The position numbers and the translations under genes were made by a program. Positions 1 through 13,304 of a stretch of DNA of 64,000 nucleotides are shown one piece after another. The DNA comes from Fistulifera solaris (Eukaryota). Below the pieces are notes generated by a model that worked only from the letters and a program-made list of their open reading frames with translations, made no database searches and was not told the DNA's origin. The stretch spans positions 186,001 through 250,000 of the forward strand of contig AP026135.1 of assembly GCA_030295235.1 (NCBI GenBank), given 5' to 3'. Each line of letters starts with the position of its first letter. The stretch's first letter is position 1.

Positions 1-2396
1 TAGAGCCCGCCGAATTTGCCGAGCTAGTTGCGAACATGGATTCCAGTATTCGTTCTCGGGTGAGTACGTCGGGAAGTCGGCATGGTACGAGTGGCAGTCG
101 ACACGGATTGCGTGGAAGTCGTCATGGTAAAGGGCGCTCCCTCGGGTTCCGGGCCAGTACGAGCAGTCGGAGTCAAGCGTATCAGGATATCAGCTCCACA
201 TTGGGGGCTGCAGCGAATTTGCAGACGGGTAATCTCAAGAGTCGGTGGGTGGAGCTGTTCATCCCGGATGTTTTACAAGAAAGTTATAGTGGAAGGTGGG
301 TTTTGAGTTCGTCGTTTACACAATTCGGATAACGTGGAAATGCTTTCTCTTACTTACCCTGTTGCTGCATTATATTTTCAGAAAAGAAGAGGAGATCTTG
401 CTTTTACGCTTACCAGAGTCCGTCCATCCTGTCAGGAGGGCGGAGCTCGCTTTCACTTTGCTGGGAAGAAGCGACGAGTTTGTTGCGTACTACGAGTCGA
501 ATCGATTCGGTGAAACCAAACTGTCTGGTGAGGGAGGTGAGAAAGCAAGGACAAGTTATTTATCCGCGCTTACAGGTGATGACATCAGCGTAGGAACAGA
601 TCGTATTTTCTATGCGAAGACGCTGCCGCATTTGTGTGCATCCGTCATGGGCTTCTGTGCAATTGAAGCGGCCCTTGAATATGGAAACTTTTCAGATAAA
701 GAAGGAGAAGCAACTTCGAGCAGCATGGCTAGATCTGGAATCAACAAGCAAGTCTCGATGAGTTCCGGTGGGTTTCGGGAATCATCCGAAGCTTATGAGA
801 GAAGCCTGATTGGGGAGCTCGGATCAGTCTGCCGCTCGCGCTCTGTCAACGGGCAACTTTGCGAGCTCGTTCGCGCGTCAGTGTTGCTGTCAATTTTTCG
901 TGGGGCGCTGAAAATTTCGCATCCTAGTTCGACGTCAAGACGCTTTGATAAAGATTTGCTTTCCGTTGACAAAAACATTTTGACCATTGCTCTCAAGGTT
1001 GCAAATGATGAACAGTTGCGCGTTTCAGCTGCGCTTTCGTACGATGATCAAAAAGTTCCCATGTTGGTTTCGGATGCTCCGACACGCATTGATACCAGGC
1101 AACCCGCCGCAACACTTTCTGGTATTCCTGATCCAGAAATCGAGAGTCTTCCGTTTGGGCTTAGTGAATTGATCCAAAAACCGTCACAGGTAGAACTTGA
1201 TTTCCAGGATCAAGCGAGAACCAGCTTTAATAGAGCACCCATGGATGAGGCGTTCACCTTTTCCCCGGCAGTTCCGCAGGTGATTCGTTCACTTCACGCT
1301 CGATCCATTACGCTGGCGGTATTCGCTTTGAGTCAAGTTGAGTTGGGTCAATTTTTTCCTGACAAGAAATGTTGCAATGCGGCTGCCTATGTCCTTGATG
1401 GCGTTGACGGACTAGTTACTTCGACTGCCATGGGTTTGAAAGATAGTGACAATGTTGCTGAAGAAGGCTCTGTCGAAAAGGCTGTCCAGGTAATGGCCAA
1501 TATTTCCGCGCTACAGCGGTGCCTCCCTCGGTTCTATGGCTGTTTGATTCGTGGGATGTGCAATATTGGTCTAATTCGATCTGACGAGGTCGATGCTACT
1601 TTGGCATACTCCGAAAGAGTGTTGAAATCCTCGGATAAAGCATGCGATGCCCAAGTGGGGAGCATGTACAGTCTCGTGTACGAGATTTGTAGGAACAAGA
1701 TCGATTCACACATGAATTTAGCTTTGGAGAATTTTCAATGGGTGGCGAAATCGGAACGCGATATGCCCAATGCGTACTGTGAAGGACTGATTGGATACCT
1801 TCGGTCCGTTTTTGCATCATTGGGTCCTATGGATGAAGGTTCTCGAGCTGGTTTGCACTTTTCGTGCTGTGGGCACATTGCCGAGAAACTCGTCAAGCTA
1901 TTATCGGGAAAACCTGGTGACACTGCCACGTTCGACGACTCGTCACTCCCGCCCATTACTCGTATTGATGCTTTTGGAATCAAGAATCTATTCACTGATT
2001 GCCAGGAGTTTGAGAGGTTCGCTGATACCACTGGCGTGCCGCAGCTCCGAGATTGCTTCAATGAATTACGTATCTTGACCACTTTTATGTTGGATAAGGA
2101 GTTGCCATTGCTTCTTCTGCCTGAAAATTCAACATCACGACGACGCAAATACCCTATTCTTAGCATGGATAAGGTCTTGAGCATGCTAGAAAAATATCAA
2201 GGAACTGGTTTGGTAAGTGCAATGTTGCGGTTGCTTGTGGTGGTTGTCGTGCTGCAAGACTAACGATGCTTTGCCCCGTCTCGAACTACAGGGCGACAAG
2301 CTCATGGGCGGATCGAGATCTTCCGACTTTTTGTTTATCGACAAGAAGGAAGTCACACAACTGATCAAGATTGCGCGCAGCCAGACAATTCAATAG
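1..2396 (+). CDS. SEC15: Exocyst complex component Sec15 (EXOC6), 5' end outside window; introns about 296-381 and 2213-2291
   Basis: The 655-aa ORF has the Sec15 C-terminal pattern (RNKIDSHM..ENFQW..PNAYCEGLIGYLRSVF..CGHIAEKL..CERFA..CFNELR). GT-AG introns (the second with a CTAAC branch site) restore the frame to a TAG at 2394-2396. Confidence 0.8.
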
Positions 2397-2489
2397 TCTT
2401 TTCTACGTCCTACAACACTAGTTATCTTGTTCCCTATTTAACTCGTCTAGCCTTGTGTTATACCCCGCTAACCTTGGTGTTTTACTATA

Positions 2490-3575
2490 TTATATGATCT
2501 GCTCCGCCACAACGGGCGTCATTTCCGTGGATGGTGGTGTTCTTTGCGAAACCGGCCGACAAAATCCTAACACTTCGTCCCGTACATGAGCGGGAAAGCA
2601 CGCTTTCGCAAACGGGGAAAGCCAATCCATGCGACAGCGGGTACCATCTCCGTGGGTTCCGACCCCAAAGACTTCCGCTACCCCCGCCAGTGCTCCCGAT
2701 ACTGTTTGACCTTTGATGCGATCAATGTGGGTTAATTTCGAAAAGATGACATCCCACTGGTCGAAGATCATGCAGGATGTGAACATGCCAAACAGTACCG
2801 CCTCAATGAGCAATCCGAGAATATTCACGAGCTGTGTCGGATGATCCAAACATGAATAATGACGAATGGCTTTGCCTGTGCCACGAACGGCATGACACGT
2901 CGCGAACCGGCTAATCAGTAAAGCTAAAGAATAGATGCACGAAAGCATCGTGTAAAACACAAAGAGCAGAAAATATTTGTGATTCCCAATCCCGACACAA
3001 TTGTTCACCCAAGGACAATGATGATCCATTTTGATAATACACCGACGGCAGACACTACAGTGATGAGCCCGTTGTGGTTTGAATGAACGGCAACGCCGAC
3101 AGAGTTTTTTCGTAGGTGGAACCGGCACGGCCAGCAGACCGATGGCCTCTTCCTGCTGCGAAGGCTGCTCTTCTGGAAGAGGTTTCGCGTCGGGAGGTAC
3201 GGCACCTGGATCTGTCGTCATGGCCATGAAATGAGAAATGACCGCAAACAGAGCAATGGCGCAAAACACCACTTCGTGGAAGCGACCCAGCAAAGACATG
3301 TGACGGATGCCGTCCTCTCCAGTAACGCCCATCCACGGCGGCAATAAAATCCAGCAGACGGCATACACTCCGTACGCGTGTAAAGCATACGTACAAAGGG
3401 CACAAAAGAGACCACAACAGTCTAAATTGAGCCAGTGTCGATCAAACGGCCCTGTTCCGCAGAATTGACGACGAACGGTGGCTCGTTTTACAATTCGTTC
3501 TCCGCCGTCCTCGACCAGTCTCGTTTCGGGTTTCGGGAGTGGTTTTCCTCGACGAAATGGTTCCGTAGACGACAT
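2490..3575 (-). CDS. DHHC-type palmitoyl (S-acyl) transferase
   Basis: Cys-rich domain CRRCRSFKPQRAHHCSVCRRCIIKMDHHCPWVNNCVG with four TM segments and a TTDPG motif; single exon. Confidence 0.95.
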   Translation of the reverse strand: MSSTEPFRRGKPLPKPETRLVEDGGERIVKRATVRRQFCGTGPFDRHWLNLDCCGLFCALCTYALHAYGVYAVCWILLPPWMGVTGEDGIRHMSLLGRFHEVVFCAIALFAVISHFMAMTTDPGAVPPDAKPLPEEQPSQQEEAIGLLAVPVPPTKKLCRRCRSFKPQRAHHCSVCRRCIIKMDHHCPWVNNCVGIGNHKYFLLFVFYTMLSCIYSLALLISRFATCHAVRGTGKAIRHYSCLDHPTQLVNILGLLIEAVLFGMFTSCMIFDQWDVIFSKLTHIDRIKGQTVSGALAGVAEVFGVGTHGDGTRCRMDWLSPFAKACFPAHVRDEVLGFCRPVSQRTPPSTEMTPVVAEQII

Positions 3576-3870
3576 TATTCCTTGATGAACAAAGGAAAAT
3601 CAGAGAGTTGATGCTATTGTTCGAGTTGACCGGCGATAAAATAATAAGAAATGCGGCATGCCGCGACAAGATTCAATGCGCCGTTTACCTGGTACTAGCA
3701 ACAGGGAACAGGACAACGTTGTACTAAAAGTATGTCGTAGCGGCAACGATAGGATAAGGATTCCCCACTCAGTTTCAATCAGCCCTAAAACTACAACGAT
3801 GAGTGAAAAAATATCGGCACAACTATAGAGAACCTAACGAATTATTCTTTGATTGTGTGTTGGAAACAAA

Positions 3871-6800
3871 TCATCTCGGGGGCATCGTGTCCGGCTGCGA
3901 GAACGACCAACCCTGGTCGGCTGCCGAAGGGACCAGGGGATCGACCGTCGCGCGGGGAAGTGGGCTGTCCTGAGTGTCTCCCAGAGCCATCGTTCCCCAC
4001 ACGTCCATGCCGGACATGCTAAAGGCCCGACCGTACGATCGGCCACTGTCAGGGGCGGACCGTGCAGGTACAGGAGCATTCGAGGTATGGACGGGTGCGA
4101 CTCCATTACTCACAATGGAGCCATCGCGGGCAATCAGTCCAGCGTTCGTCAGAGCTTGCTCCTGCCTTTGCACCAGCTTCTTCAACTCGGATATTTGTTC
4201 CAGTAAATCATCTGGAGCATCCGTCATGCCGCCCGATTCTTGAGACTTTCTCGCATAGCGAAGGATATCAGAAACCACCACGTCCGCAGATAACGCATTG
4301 TGGTACAGCAACCATGTTTGCAACAGCCGCGGGAGTTGCAGAGCGGCTAGGAGGAACAAAGGAATGAAAATCAAGTGTCCGCAAACAATATCATGAAGCA
4401 TGTAAAAATGTTTGACGAGTTTGACTCCTGCCAATAGGCCAATCTGGCACAAGGCTCCCAAAGCATAGTACGCCGATAAAGCATATCGGACGTAGTTCGA
4501 GTCCTCAAGGAAAAGGGTTACGACACCGGCAATGAGTCCACAAAAATAGCGATTCCTATGGTGCGACGCACGGGATACGGGAAACTTCTCTCACTTGCAA
4601 TGAAGCCCCTCTCTAGTACCAGCAAGGCACCAATGAAGATGAGCACGTTGCCGACGGCAACAATTGGCTTGTTAAGGCTAGCATCGGATCGGAACAAATT
4701 CGATCGACGAATACCTTCGGCGACGAGTAAATACAATGCCGACTTGACGCAGAACATAAGTTTCGATGTGAGTGGAATATTCTTGTAAAAAGCGGTTTCC
4801 TCGTTCCACCACATTGACCAGCTTTTCGCGGCTCCCCCAGAAGGGCATCGCATCCACTTGACCCAGAGCTCGTAGTCGCTTACAACAACACTCCAGTCGA
4901 AAGTAAGGGGATTGAACCAAAATGGACTGCACAAGAAAGAAGCTGACGCAAGCCATAATGACCACGTTCTACCAAAGTATTGCTTCGCCTCCGTATAAAT
5001 ACCCATCAGCACTAAACCAGCCGCCAGCTCTACGCCCAAATAGAGGTGACTTGACGCAAAGAAGCGATACTGTTCGTCAAACGGAGTGTGCTGAGTGACG
5101 AAACCGCGGCCTGTTGGCCTGTACTTCGCGCCGCCGACGAGAATCGTTTGGGCCATGTATGTTGCTTTCGTTTGAATGTGGAACATGAAGTGAAGCGGCC
5201 CTCCGGTAATGAAGATAGAGAACAGCTCCTGAAAGCTAGCGAACCAACCTCGTTCAACTCCGAGCGTCGCAAACAAGGGGATGGTCTGCAACAAACCAAG
5301 GCCACCAAGAAGCATTTGAATGGTTCCCATTGGCGTGATTAGACGATCTCCAATCCTCTCTAGATCGAACACCGCCAGAACTAACATCAAGTACACAACG
5401 ACGTAAACGGTAAAGATCGTAAGAACGTTGCTGAAGTAGTGACCGATTCCCCCGTAGTAGAAAGAAAGCAACCGGCAAAAATCAAGCCGGTTGCACATTC
5501 GGTACACATCTCGTGAAAGACTCTGTTCGGCTGCACCTTGGCTGAGCTTAGCTTCGAACTTGTAAATCTGACTCATTCCTACGTCTCTTCCCTTTCCTAC
5601 TTGAACGTATTCTTTGAAAGCAACAGAGCCTCCTCGAATAACATTATTGTAGCCAGCAAAGATATCTTCCGACAAGTTTATACCTTGTGAAGCCTTGCTA
5701 ATTCCACCTCTCGTTATAAAGAAAAGCTTATCGAAAACGTCAGGGTGACCGTAATGCAAGCGAATGCGAAGAGGTCTAGCGAGAACACGCTGACCCAAAG
5801 AAACAAACGAAATTTCCTGTAAAGCCATGTAATTTGCCAGAGAACTGACGCTGCCCGTAAAAATGTGCTCTCGAAGTCCGAGGATTGTGGTTGGTAGCGG
5901 ACCTTCACGTTTTGCAAACTCCTGTAAGCAGTTCCGCATCTTGAGAGCTTCCTCAAAATAACCTTCTTGATTCATGTCAATAGTTTGGACAAACTCCCCC
6001 CTCGTAAAAAATCATAGCATGATTCTGGTTCTCAGGCTTGCCCTCGCCAATCACGGGATTTCCTGGCAAGCGAACGCGATAAATTTCTTGGATCTTGCCT
6101 TTACCATTGCTCTTCACCAGCACCGAATAGAAGACCGACGCTCCTGACCGGTTGATTCTTATGCTGTCGATATACGCCACCCGAAGATGTGGAAAGCGGT
6201 GCATTAGGCTGTCTATGTCGTCTGCTTTCGGATCTTGATTTCTCTTCATCTGCCCATAAATCTGGCATGTAACAACGTATCCGAACTTCTCACCGAGGAG
6301 ATCATTTGTAGTGTGGTCATCGATTCTTTCAAGATTTGCGAGGAGCCTGAGTGCCTTTTCACAATACATCATCCCAGTTACTGTTCTTGTGAGTGTTTGG
6401 GCTCGAATACTAGCCCATCGTCGTGTCTCATCGATGTATTTTGGCTGCCAAACTTTTTCTTCCTCTTTCACTCCCAGTCTCTCTAAAAAGTTATTCCAAT
6501 CAGAACGATACAACGTCTGAAGATAAAGAAGCGTCGAAACACCAAGAGCGTCAGTTCGCCGTTCTAAATCGGCTTTGCTATAAAGAACGTCCTCAGAGTA
6601 AAAGGGGGTCAACACATTCCATGAAAACATGTCATGAATTGATGGAGCATCAGGCATATCCATGAAAAGGGAGTTAACGAAGAAAGTGAGGCGGCGGCGG
6701 GCTTCTTTTGACTTGGGTTCTGCATCATCCGGATGCATACACACGAGGCCATAAAGCTTCTTTAAAACTCCTTTGAAAGTTTCATTCTTTGATATGTCAT

Positions 6801-9800
6801 CAAGCTGAGAGGACGCATAGTAGTCATCCCAAAAGAATCCATTCTCCATACTTCCTAGAAAGGTGAGGCGGTCAAGGACGTCCCTTCCATCGGAATCCAC
6901 AGCCGTGTTCTTCAATATTGCTTTCAGTCCATGTGTTACATTGCGCAACTTGTCTCTAACTTGATCACGAACAGCATCCACAATGACCACAGTTTCTTCG
7001 ATTGCTGCTACCTGGGGCACCTCCCTTGCCTTGTTATCTGTGTCTAGGGTAGTAAGTGATCCTGCGCTGACCACTCTTCGAACACCGGGTGTACTAGGTT
7101 TCGGCTTGGTCTCTTTGCTACGCACACCTGAGTCTTTTCCTCTTGCAAGAGGTGAGCGTTTCTTCATGCCTTTTTCGAGAATACTTACGAGCTCTACAAA
7201 AGGAGTAAAGACAATTTTGATCTTTTCAAGCTTCATGTGGGCGGTGATCTCCTCATTCTCTGTCCATTTGTTAACCATGGCTAGAATTCCTTGAACATCC
7301 TTCGCGTGCACAGGCCCCATAATCTTAGCGAAAAGAAAAGAACCGAGTTCCCAAACTTCGGCGACCGCGGTCTGCATAGTCACATGGTCGGTTATTGGCT
7401 TGAAGAAAGATGCATCAGTGTAGGCCCCAGTCCTCGGATTTGTGTATTCATCCGCCGGCCGTTGAAGCTCGGCCATGACGTCGTCAATCACACCTGCCGT
7501 CTGGAAAACAGGCAGATAGATTGCCTGACTGAAACCGTCAAACTGGCTGAACTTGAGGTTATCGCTTTCAGTGTTGGAAATGATATCTTCTTCTCTGAAA
7601 TGGTCTATAATTTCATTCCATACAGCACTGAACATAACCCACTTTTGAATTCGAACATCGAGAAGGCGATTGACATAGCTCTGCAGCTTATGTGGATCAC
7701 TACCAAGTAATGACGTTCCTTCTGAGATATTGTTTCCTGAACCAAGAAAGCTGGCGGATGAGCCTCTACGACTACCAGCATCCGAGGACAGCATCTTTTT
7801 ACAAAAATGTTCCGGAGCACGGCCAAAATTATTTCGAATATCATCGATAGATCGGACGTCTCCCAAGTGATCGGAAAACCCGACTGAAGTACCTGCAAAC
7901 GCCTGCCATGCAGCGTACCAGATGCTCATGTCGATCAGATAAACAATGAATTGAGGTAGCCACCTCATACTCAGCAGCAGAAACATTTTTGCAAAGCTTT
8001 GGTCGGGATAATTGACATAGTCGTCTGCAGAGTTGCAACGATGGTAGCACCATCGAATTAACCTCAAAAACGTAGGAGAAGAAAAGTTTCCAAGCCATGA
8101 GCGTTACCCAAAAGGTAACATAAACGATCGTGTGTCGAAAGGATTCGTGTACTTCCTTTCCGACATACAGGCGGCTCAAAGGATACAGGATGTTTAAAAA
8201 GGATTGAACGTAGTCATTCTGGCTCGTGTAAATCCGTGTAGACAGTGATGGCACGATCTGGACAAACGTCTCTACAACGTAGGGGATCATGACAATGAGC
8301 GAAAGCCAAATGTACTGCCACCACCAGAAAACTGGCTCTGCCTCTATTCCCAAGTATACACCTTTCTGCGGGGAAAATGCCCACATTAAGTAGAGCGTCT
8401 GGTAGACAAGAGTTAAAAAGCGGGCGACAATTATGAATACCGAGCCGCATACAGCAGTTCCTGACAGCTGAATGCCCGGATAGATCGCCCATACTTCCAG
8501 TAAAGCCCACGTGAGATGAAGAGCGTTGAAAAGCCAAAAGACTCCGCTTGCAACCTGCAATGAGTATACCCAGCCCCAAACGAGTTCACGAGCAAAAGCT
8601 GCCGCCGCGAGCAGGTAGAATGTTACAATGTGCCACTCCAAAATACGACTCAGCGCCATGATGCCGCGCAACCACGATCTCTTCTCCAAGAATGTTTTCG
8701 GAGAGGCTGCCAGTCCTTCAGCAACCGGCATGATGGTTTCGCCAGGAAGAGGACCATAATTGGACCCAAACTCTTCCATATCATTCGGGTCAGGTTTAAA
8801 CGATGAGTAATGATATTGAAGACACTCTCTGGACCAAAAGAATTCGTTGAAGTCATCATAGTTCTTTCTTTCATCGTGGTCCGCTTTCGATTTCATATTC
8901 TAATAAAAAACCAGATGTATGAGGTGACGTGCCTTCGACAAGACAGAATCGTCAAAAACGCGCTCACGTACCTGTTCGACGACCTCGAAAATCGGAGTGA
9001 CCACATAATCCATAAAATGGCCAGCATATAGACTCCGCGTCTGTGTATATCCTTCACTCTGAATATGTTCTTCCATCATTTTGTGGTAAAGAAACCACAC
9101 ACATTCCGACATGTGACGCAGATTGGCGCCTTCGCCCCAGATGCAAAAGAAGAGGACGAGATCCACGACACGGCTCGCCACCGCCGGCGGTGCATTCATC
9201 GACGTGTTCAATTTCGAAAAATGCGGCGCCACTCCCATGGCACGGCACCACTTGACGTAGTTCGAAAAGACTTTGGCGTGCAACGCATGAATGGGACTTG
9301 GTGGCTGTACCGACGGAGGCAAAATATGACTACTCATGTATCGGCGGTTATTGCTGAGAAGAATCAACAGATGCTCGGCTTGGTTCCGTACCGAACTATC
9401 CTGAAATCCAAAAAAGTTTCCCAAATCTTCGCAAGCCGAGTAGACCATGTTAGCATATTCCGCTAAACGAGGAGGCAGATCCGCTGGATTGAACATGTTG
9501 AAAACGTCCAACGATTCCGGTGGTGGATTGGGCGTATACGACGGTTTGGTCGAAGAACCATTCCGATCGCTATTCTCTTCTTTGGTGGGAATGGGCGTAT
9601 AACCGGTTCGGAATGCCGACCATAGATTCAACGACTCGTAATGTCCGTCCCGATACGCGGCGGAAGCTGCCACCAACAACGCCGCGGCAATCCACAAACA
9701 GCCCAGAAAAATCCGTTTCTCGGGAGTAAGCTCTGCCAAATAAATGGAATCTGTTTCACTGGGATTGTAAGGATGCCCTTTGGCCACGTCTTTGAGAAAG

Positions 9801-10510
9801 GGAAGCATCGGTTTGACTACCAAAGCCGCCGCGAAAGCACCTCCTGCCAGACAAGTTGCCATGGTGGCAAATACTTTGGTACGGCCACTAAAAACACAAT
9901 AGCAATCATCATTAACATGTCTGTGAGAGTCACCTACAATATATGCGCACTGACACACACACACACACGAAACCAACTTACTGCGCCGCCAGGAACGAGA
10001 ATGCGAGTGCCAAAGCACCCCCAAGAAGGGAAAGAGCATGGCTTGAGGGAGATTTAAAAACGCCGCCACCAGCAGAGCGACACTAGTCCCTAAACAAATT
10101 CCGGAAAAGAACGATGGCAATAAGACGCCGAGTGACATGCCGACGCATCCTCCCATCAGGGTGAGAATGTTCAAGAAGGCCATGGAAGTATCGGAATGAA
10201 CCGGAAGGAAAAGTGGTTCCAGGAATGTGTAAACCAAAAACGCCGAAACAAGCGCGGAAAGAATTCCGGAAAATAATCTCGGTTTTCTAAAGGTTGAACG
10301 ATGAGATAAGAGATTAGAAAAAGACAAAGAACCAACACACATATTCTCTCAATCACTAACTTACGAAGGGGCATTGGAACTAAACCATACGACCGCTAAA
10401 GCAGTAGCCAGTCGTATGGCTGGATAACCATAAACTGCCGCTTCTTCTGTCCATTGATGGTGGTGCTTCGATAAAACCGTGTCAGTGTCGAGGTCCACCG
10501 TCGACGACAT
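3871..10510 (-). CDS. 1,3-beta-glucan (callose/chrysolaminarin) synthase, GT48; introns about 10287-10364, 9888-9981 and 8900-8971; 1-nt frameshifts near 10020, 8025, 6008 and 4540
   Basis: FKS/callose synthase motifs across consecutive ORFs: FGFQDSSVRNQAEHL, WGEGANLRHMSE, YDDFNEFFWS, EARRRLTFFVNSL, GEGKPENQNHA, DMNQEGYFEEALKMRN, HYGHPD, INLSEDIFAG, GKGRDVG. The start MSSTVDLD (ATG at 10510) joins by a GT-AG intron. Confidence 0.93.
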
Positions 10511-11183
10511 GACGAATGGTTCTTATTATAATTATTATAAAAAGGAGCTTCTCGCTGCCCCACGATCTTCTTGAATGAACGAATTAACGACTGTATTATT
10601 GAGCGTGCTGGATAATTCAAATAATCGCTCCAGTCTTTATATCGAATGGGCAACGTCCAATACTATTTGAATATTCGAATTTCCCTTTGCTATTACTCTG
10701 GAGTAGTTTCGTGGGATCCTTTGGATGGATACAAGTATCTGATTCGAAAGCGTCTTTTCCGTTTGGAAATTAAAAAAAAAGTCAACAACGACACGCATGC
10801 AATTTGTGTCGAACACTTGCGTCACGTTTTGCTCCGACACGAACAGCTGACTTTTTTGGTCATACACACCAACGAACGCGTCGTGTCCATGCTCCGGACA
10901 TTCGGGTCTGAATTCAGTCTTGAGGAAGTTGAAGATGCCACGGCCAAAGAAGACCCGGATATAAATTGACGCGACTGAGTTCTGTCCCGGACCTCAAGGA
11001 CGTCAACATAACATAAAGACGAAACGTTCTTTTTATTTTCGGAGCCGATGATGATCGTTTCCTCACTGGATTATTCGTAGAACACGTCCACTCATTTATC
11101 ATCTTTATCAACGTTCTAACATTCCTGATAGAGAGGAGGAGATTTTCTTCGAAGAAAGTCACAACAAAATCACCGACCAGGTT

Positions 11184-12010
11184 ATGATTCTTCTTCGACG
11201 ACTGGGACGAAGAACGGTCTTTCCCTCACTATTGTTCCTAGCATTCATTCGTTTCGTTCCTTCACATGCACTTTCTGCAAAGATTCATAGCGACATGCAC
11301 ACAGGAATCATTTTTGACGTGGATGGAACACTGGCCGACTCGTGGAAGTTGGGTTTCGATGCCACGCAACAGATTTTGGAGAAATACAACATTCCCCTCA
11401 TTACGCCAGAAATCTATCACGAATGCACTCGCTACGCGACACCCGATCGTCTCGCACGTCACGCCGGATGGCAACCGGAAGATGACGAATATGTCAAGGT
11501 GGGAAAACAATTGGCGCAAGAATTTGATGAATTGTACATTGGTCTCGTTTCCAAAGACACCGCATCCTTTTTTCCCGGCATTGAACAACTCCTCCATTCC
11601 ATCCCCGAGACAATCGCGATGGGTGCCTTAACGAATGCGGCGGAACAATATGCACATGCTGTTTTGCGGACCAATTGTCCCGTTACGAGTCGATCGTCAT
11701 CGTCATCATCATCATCATCCGCCATTTATTCTCGTTTTCAATCCATCCGCGGCGCGGATACAGTACCAAGCCCAAACCAGCACCCGATGGGTTACTACTG
11801 GTATGTCGAGAGCTGAATGTGCCGGCCCATCAGTGTGTTTATGTGGGTGACAGTCCCAGCGATGGTGTCAGCGCTCACGCGGCGGGTATGAAAGCGATTG
11901 GCGTCCTTTGGGGTAGTCACACGGAAGAGAGTTTACGACAAGCTCCTTTTGATCATTTGTGTTCGACCGTGGAAGAGCTACAGGCAATTCTTGTCGAACA
12001 CTGCAAGTAG
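11184..12010 (+). CDS. HAD-superfamily phosphatase (phosphoglycolate phosphatase-like); frameshift near 11770
   Basis: Motifs FDVDGTLADS, LTN, KPAPD and VGDSPSDG are split over two frames. The N-terminus resembles a targeting peptide. Confidence 0.88.
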
Positions 12011-12303
12011 AGTCCGACTATTGCGTCTGCCACGGTACATAGCACTCACATTGATAACTTTGAAGAAAGTTACTGTACAAAACGCCAATCAACGATCGTG
12101 GAACGATCTGTGATGAAAGTTGTCGTTCTTTAAAAAAATCTAGACGTGATTTTCATACTATCATAAAAATGTGACTAAAATTCAAACAACAAGTACTAGT
12201 TATAGTCGGCCCCCTTTCGAAACAAAGGCTGAAATGATGAAAACAGTAAGTAAACAATAAGTTGTCTCTCACCTGTTTTGTTTGTTATGATAGAACCTGC
12301 CGC

Positions 12304-12813
12304 TTACTTAATTTTCTTTCCAGCTGTGAGACCAGCGTCAAGTAGTGAATCTAAATCCGCATTCTTTTTCACGACTTTTTTGGGTTTCACAGGGGCACCG
12401 CTGGCCGCCGTTGGAGGAGCCTTATCACCATTCGGGTCATTGGGATCAAAATCTTTCATTTGAACGGGAAAGCAAACCTTCGGATCCGTACCGGCGGGGT
12501 GCTTTGCTATAACGTGTTGATACAACAAAGGAGGTCGGGCATTCACCATGAAAGTCTGGCGACAAAGCTCGCACATGAAAGCAGACGCGTCTTTTCTGTC
12601 AAAAGTTGTTTTTCAAATTGGCGGGGCATGTGAGTAATGTTCTTTGACATTATTACAATAGGATATTTGCACTAGGAATGGGTTGTATGTTGTATTCCGA
12701 CTCACTTTGCCTTTTCGGCGGCAGCCTTTCGCTCTTCTTCTGTCTTGCCTTTATCCTTAGCATTTCGAAGCTGCGCCTGTTGCTTTTTTTTGTACGTTCG
12801 ATCCCTTGCCCAT
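12304..12813 (-). CDS. Small zinc-binding protein (At2g23090/DUF1909-like); intron about 12596-12705
   Basis: MGKGSNVQKKQQAQLRNAKDKGK... splices to FMCELCRQTF...HVIAKH...CF. One extra base sits in the T8 run at about 12784-12791. Confidence 0.75.
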
Positions 12814-13304
12814 TCTATCTATGAATATCAATACAGATAATTTCCGTGAGCCAAACAAGGTATAAACCAACAAATGTCGATAATATTTCGAATTCAATAA
12901 TGATGGGAGGAGAAAAATTCTTATGTCGTCATCCGTCGTCGTCGGTCATGCAGACGATCCGGCGCTTTTTGCTGGAGCTAAAATAAAGTGGTCCGTCCGT
13001 CGACATCATTCCCGGAACGATTGCCTCCCACTGTTACGCCTATAATAAACCAATACAAGATTCCATTCACAGAATAACGGCAACGTTAAAGTAACTAAAC
13101 ATTGACGAAAGGTCCCCTAAATGATTCAAACAGAAATTCGACGCGAACATATGTAATCTTCAGCGTTGTTTACACTAAATAATGTTGACTATCGTTTATT
13201 GTGAATTTATTTTGTGAAGCCTTCATTCGACATGCGATGCGATCGACCGATCACACAAACTGAGGAACAACAAAAATGCATTGTTGCCTTGAAAAGACTC
13301 GACC

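Noticed and set aside
3871..10510. Pseudogenes or programmed frameshifting in glucan synthase, RPA2, AP-3 beta and others
   Set aside because: The indels are scattered at homopolymers in essential genes with no shared slippery signal, so sequencing error is more parsimonious.
10646..10969. 107-aa ORF between glucan synthase and the HAD gene
   Set aside because: No recognisable motif and it lies in a divergent promoter region, so it cannot be supported without transcripts.
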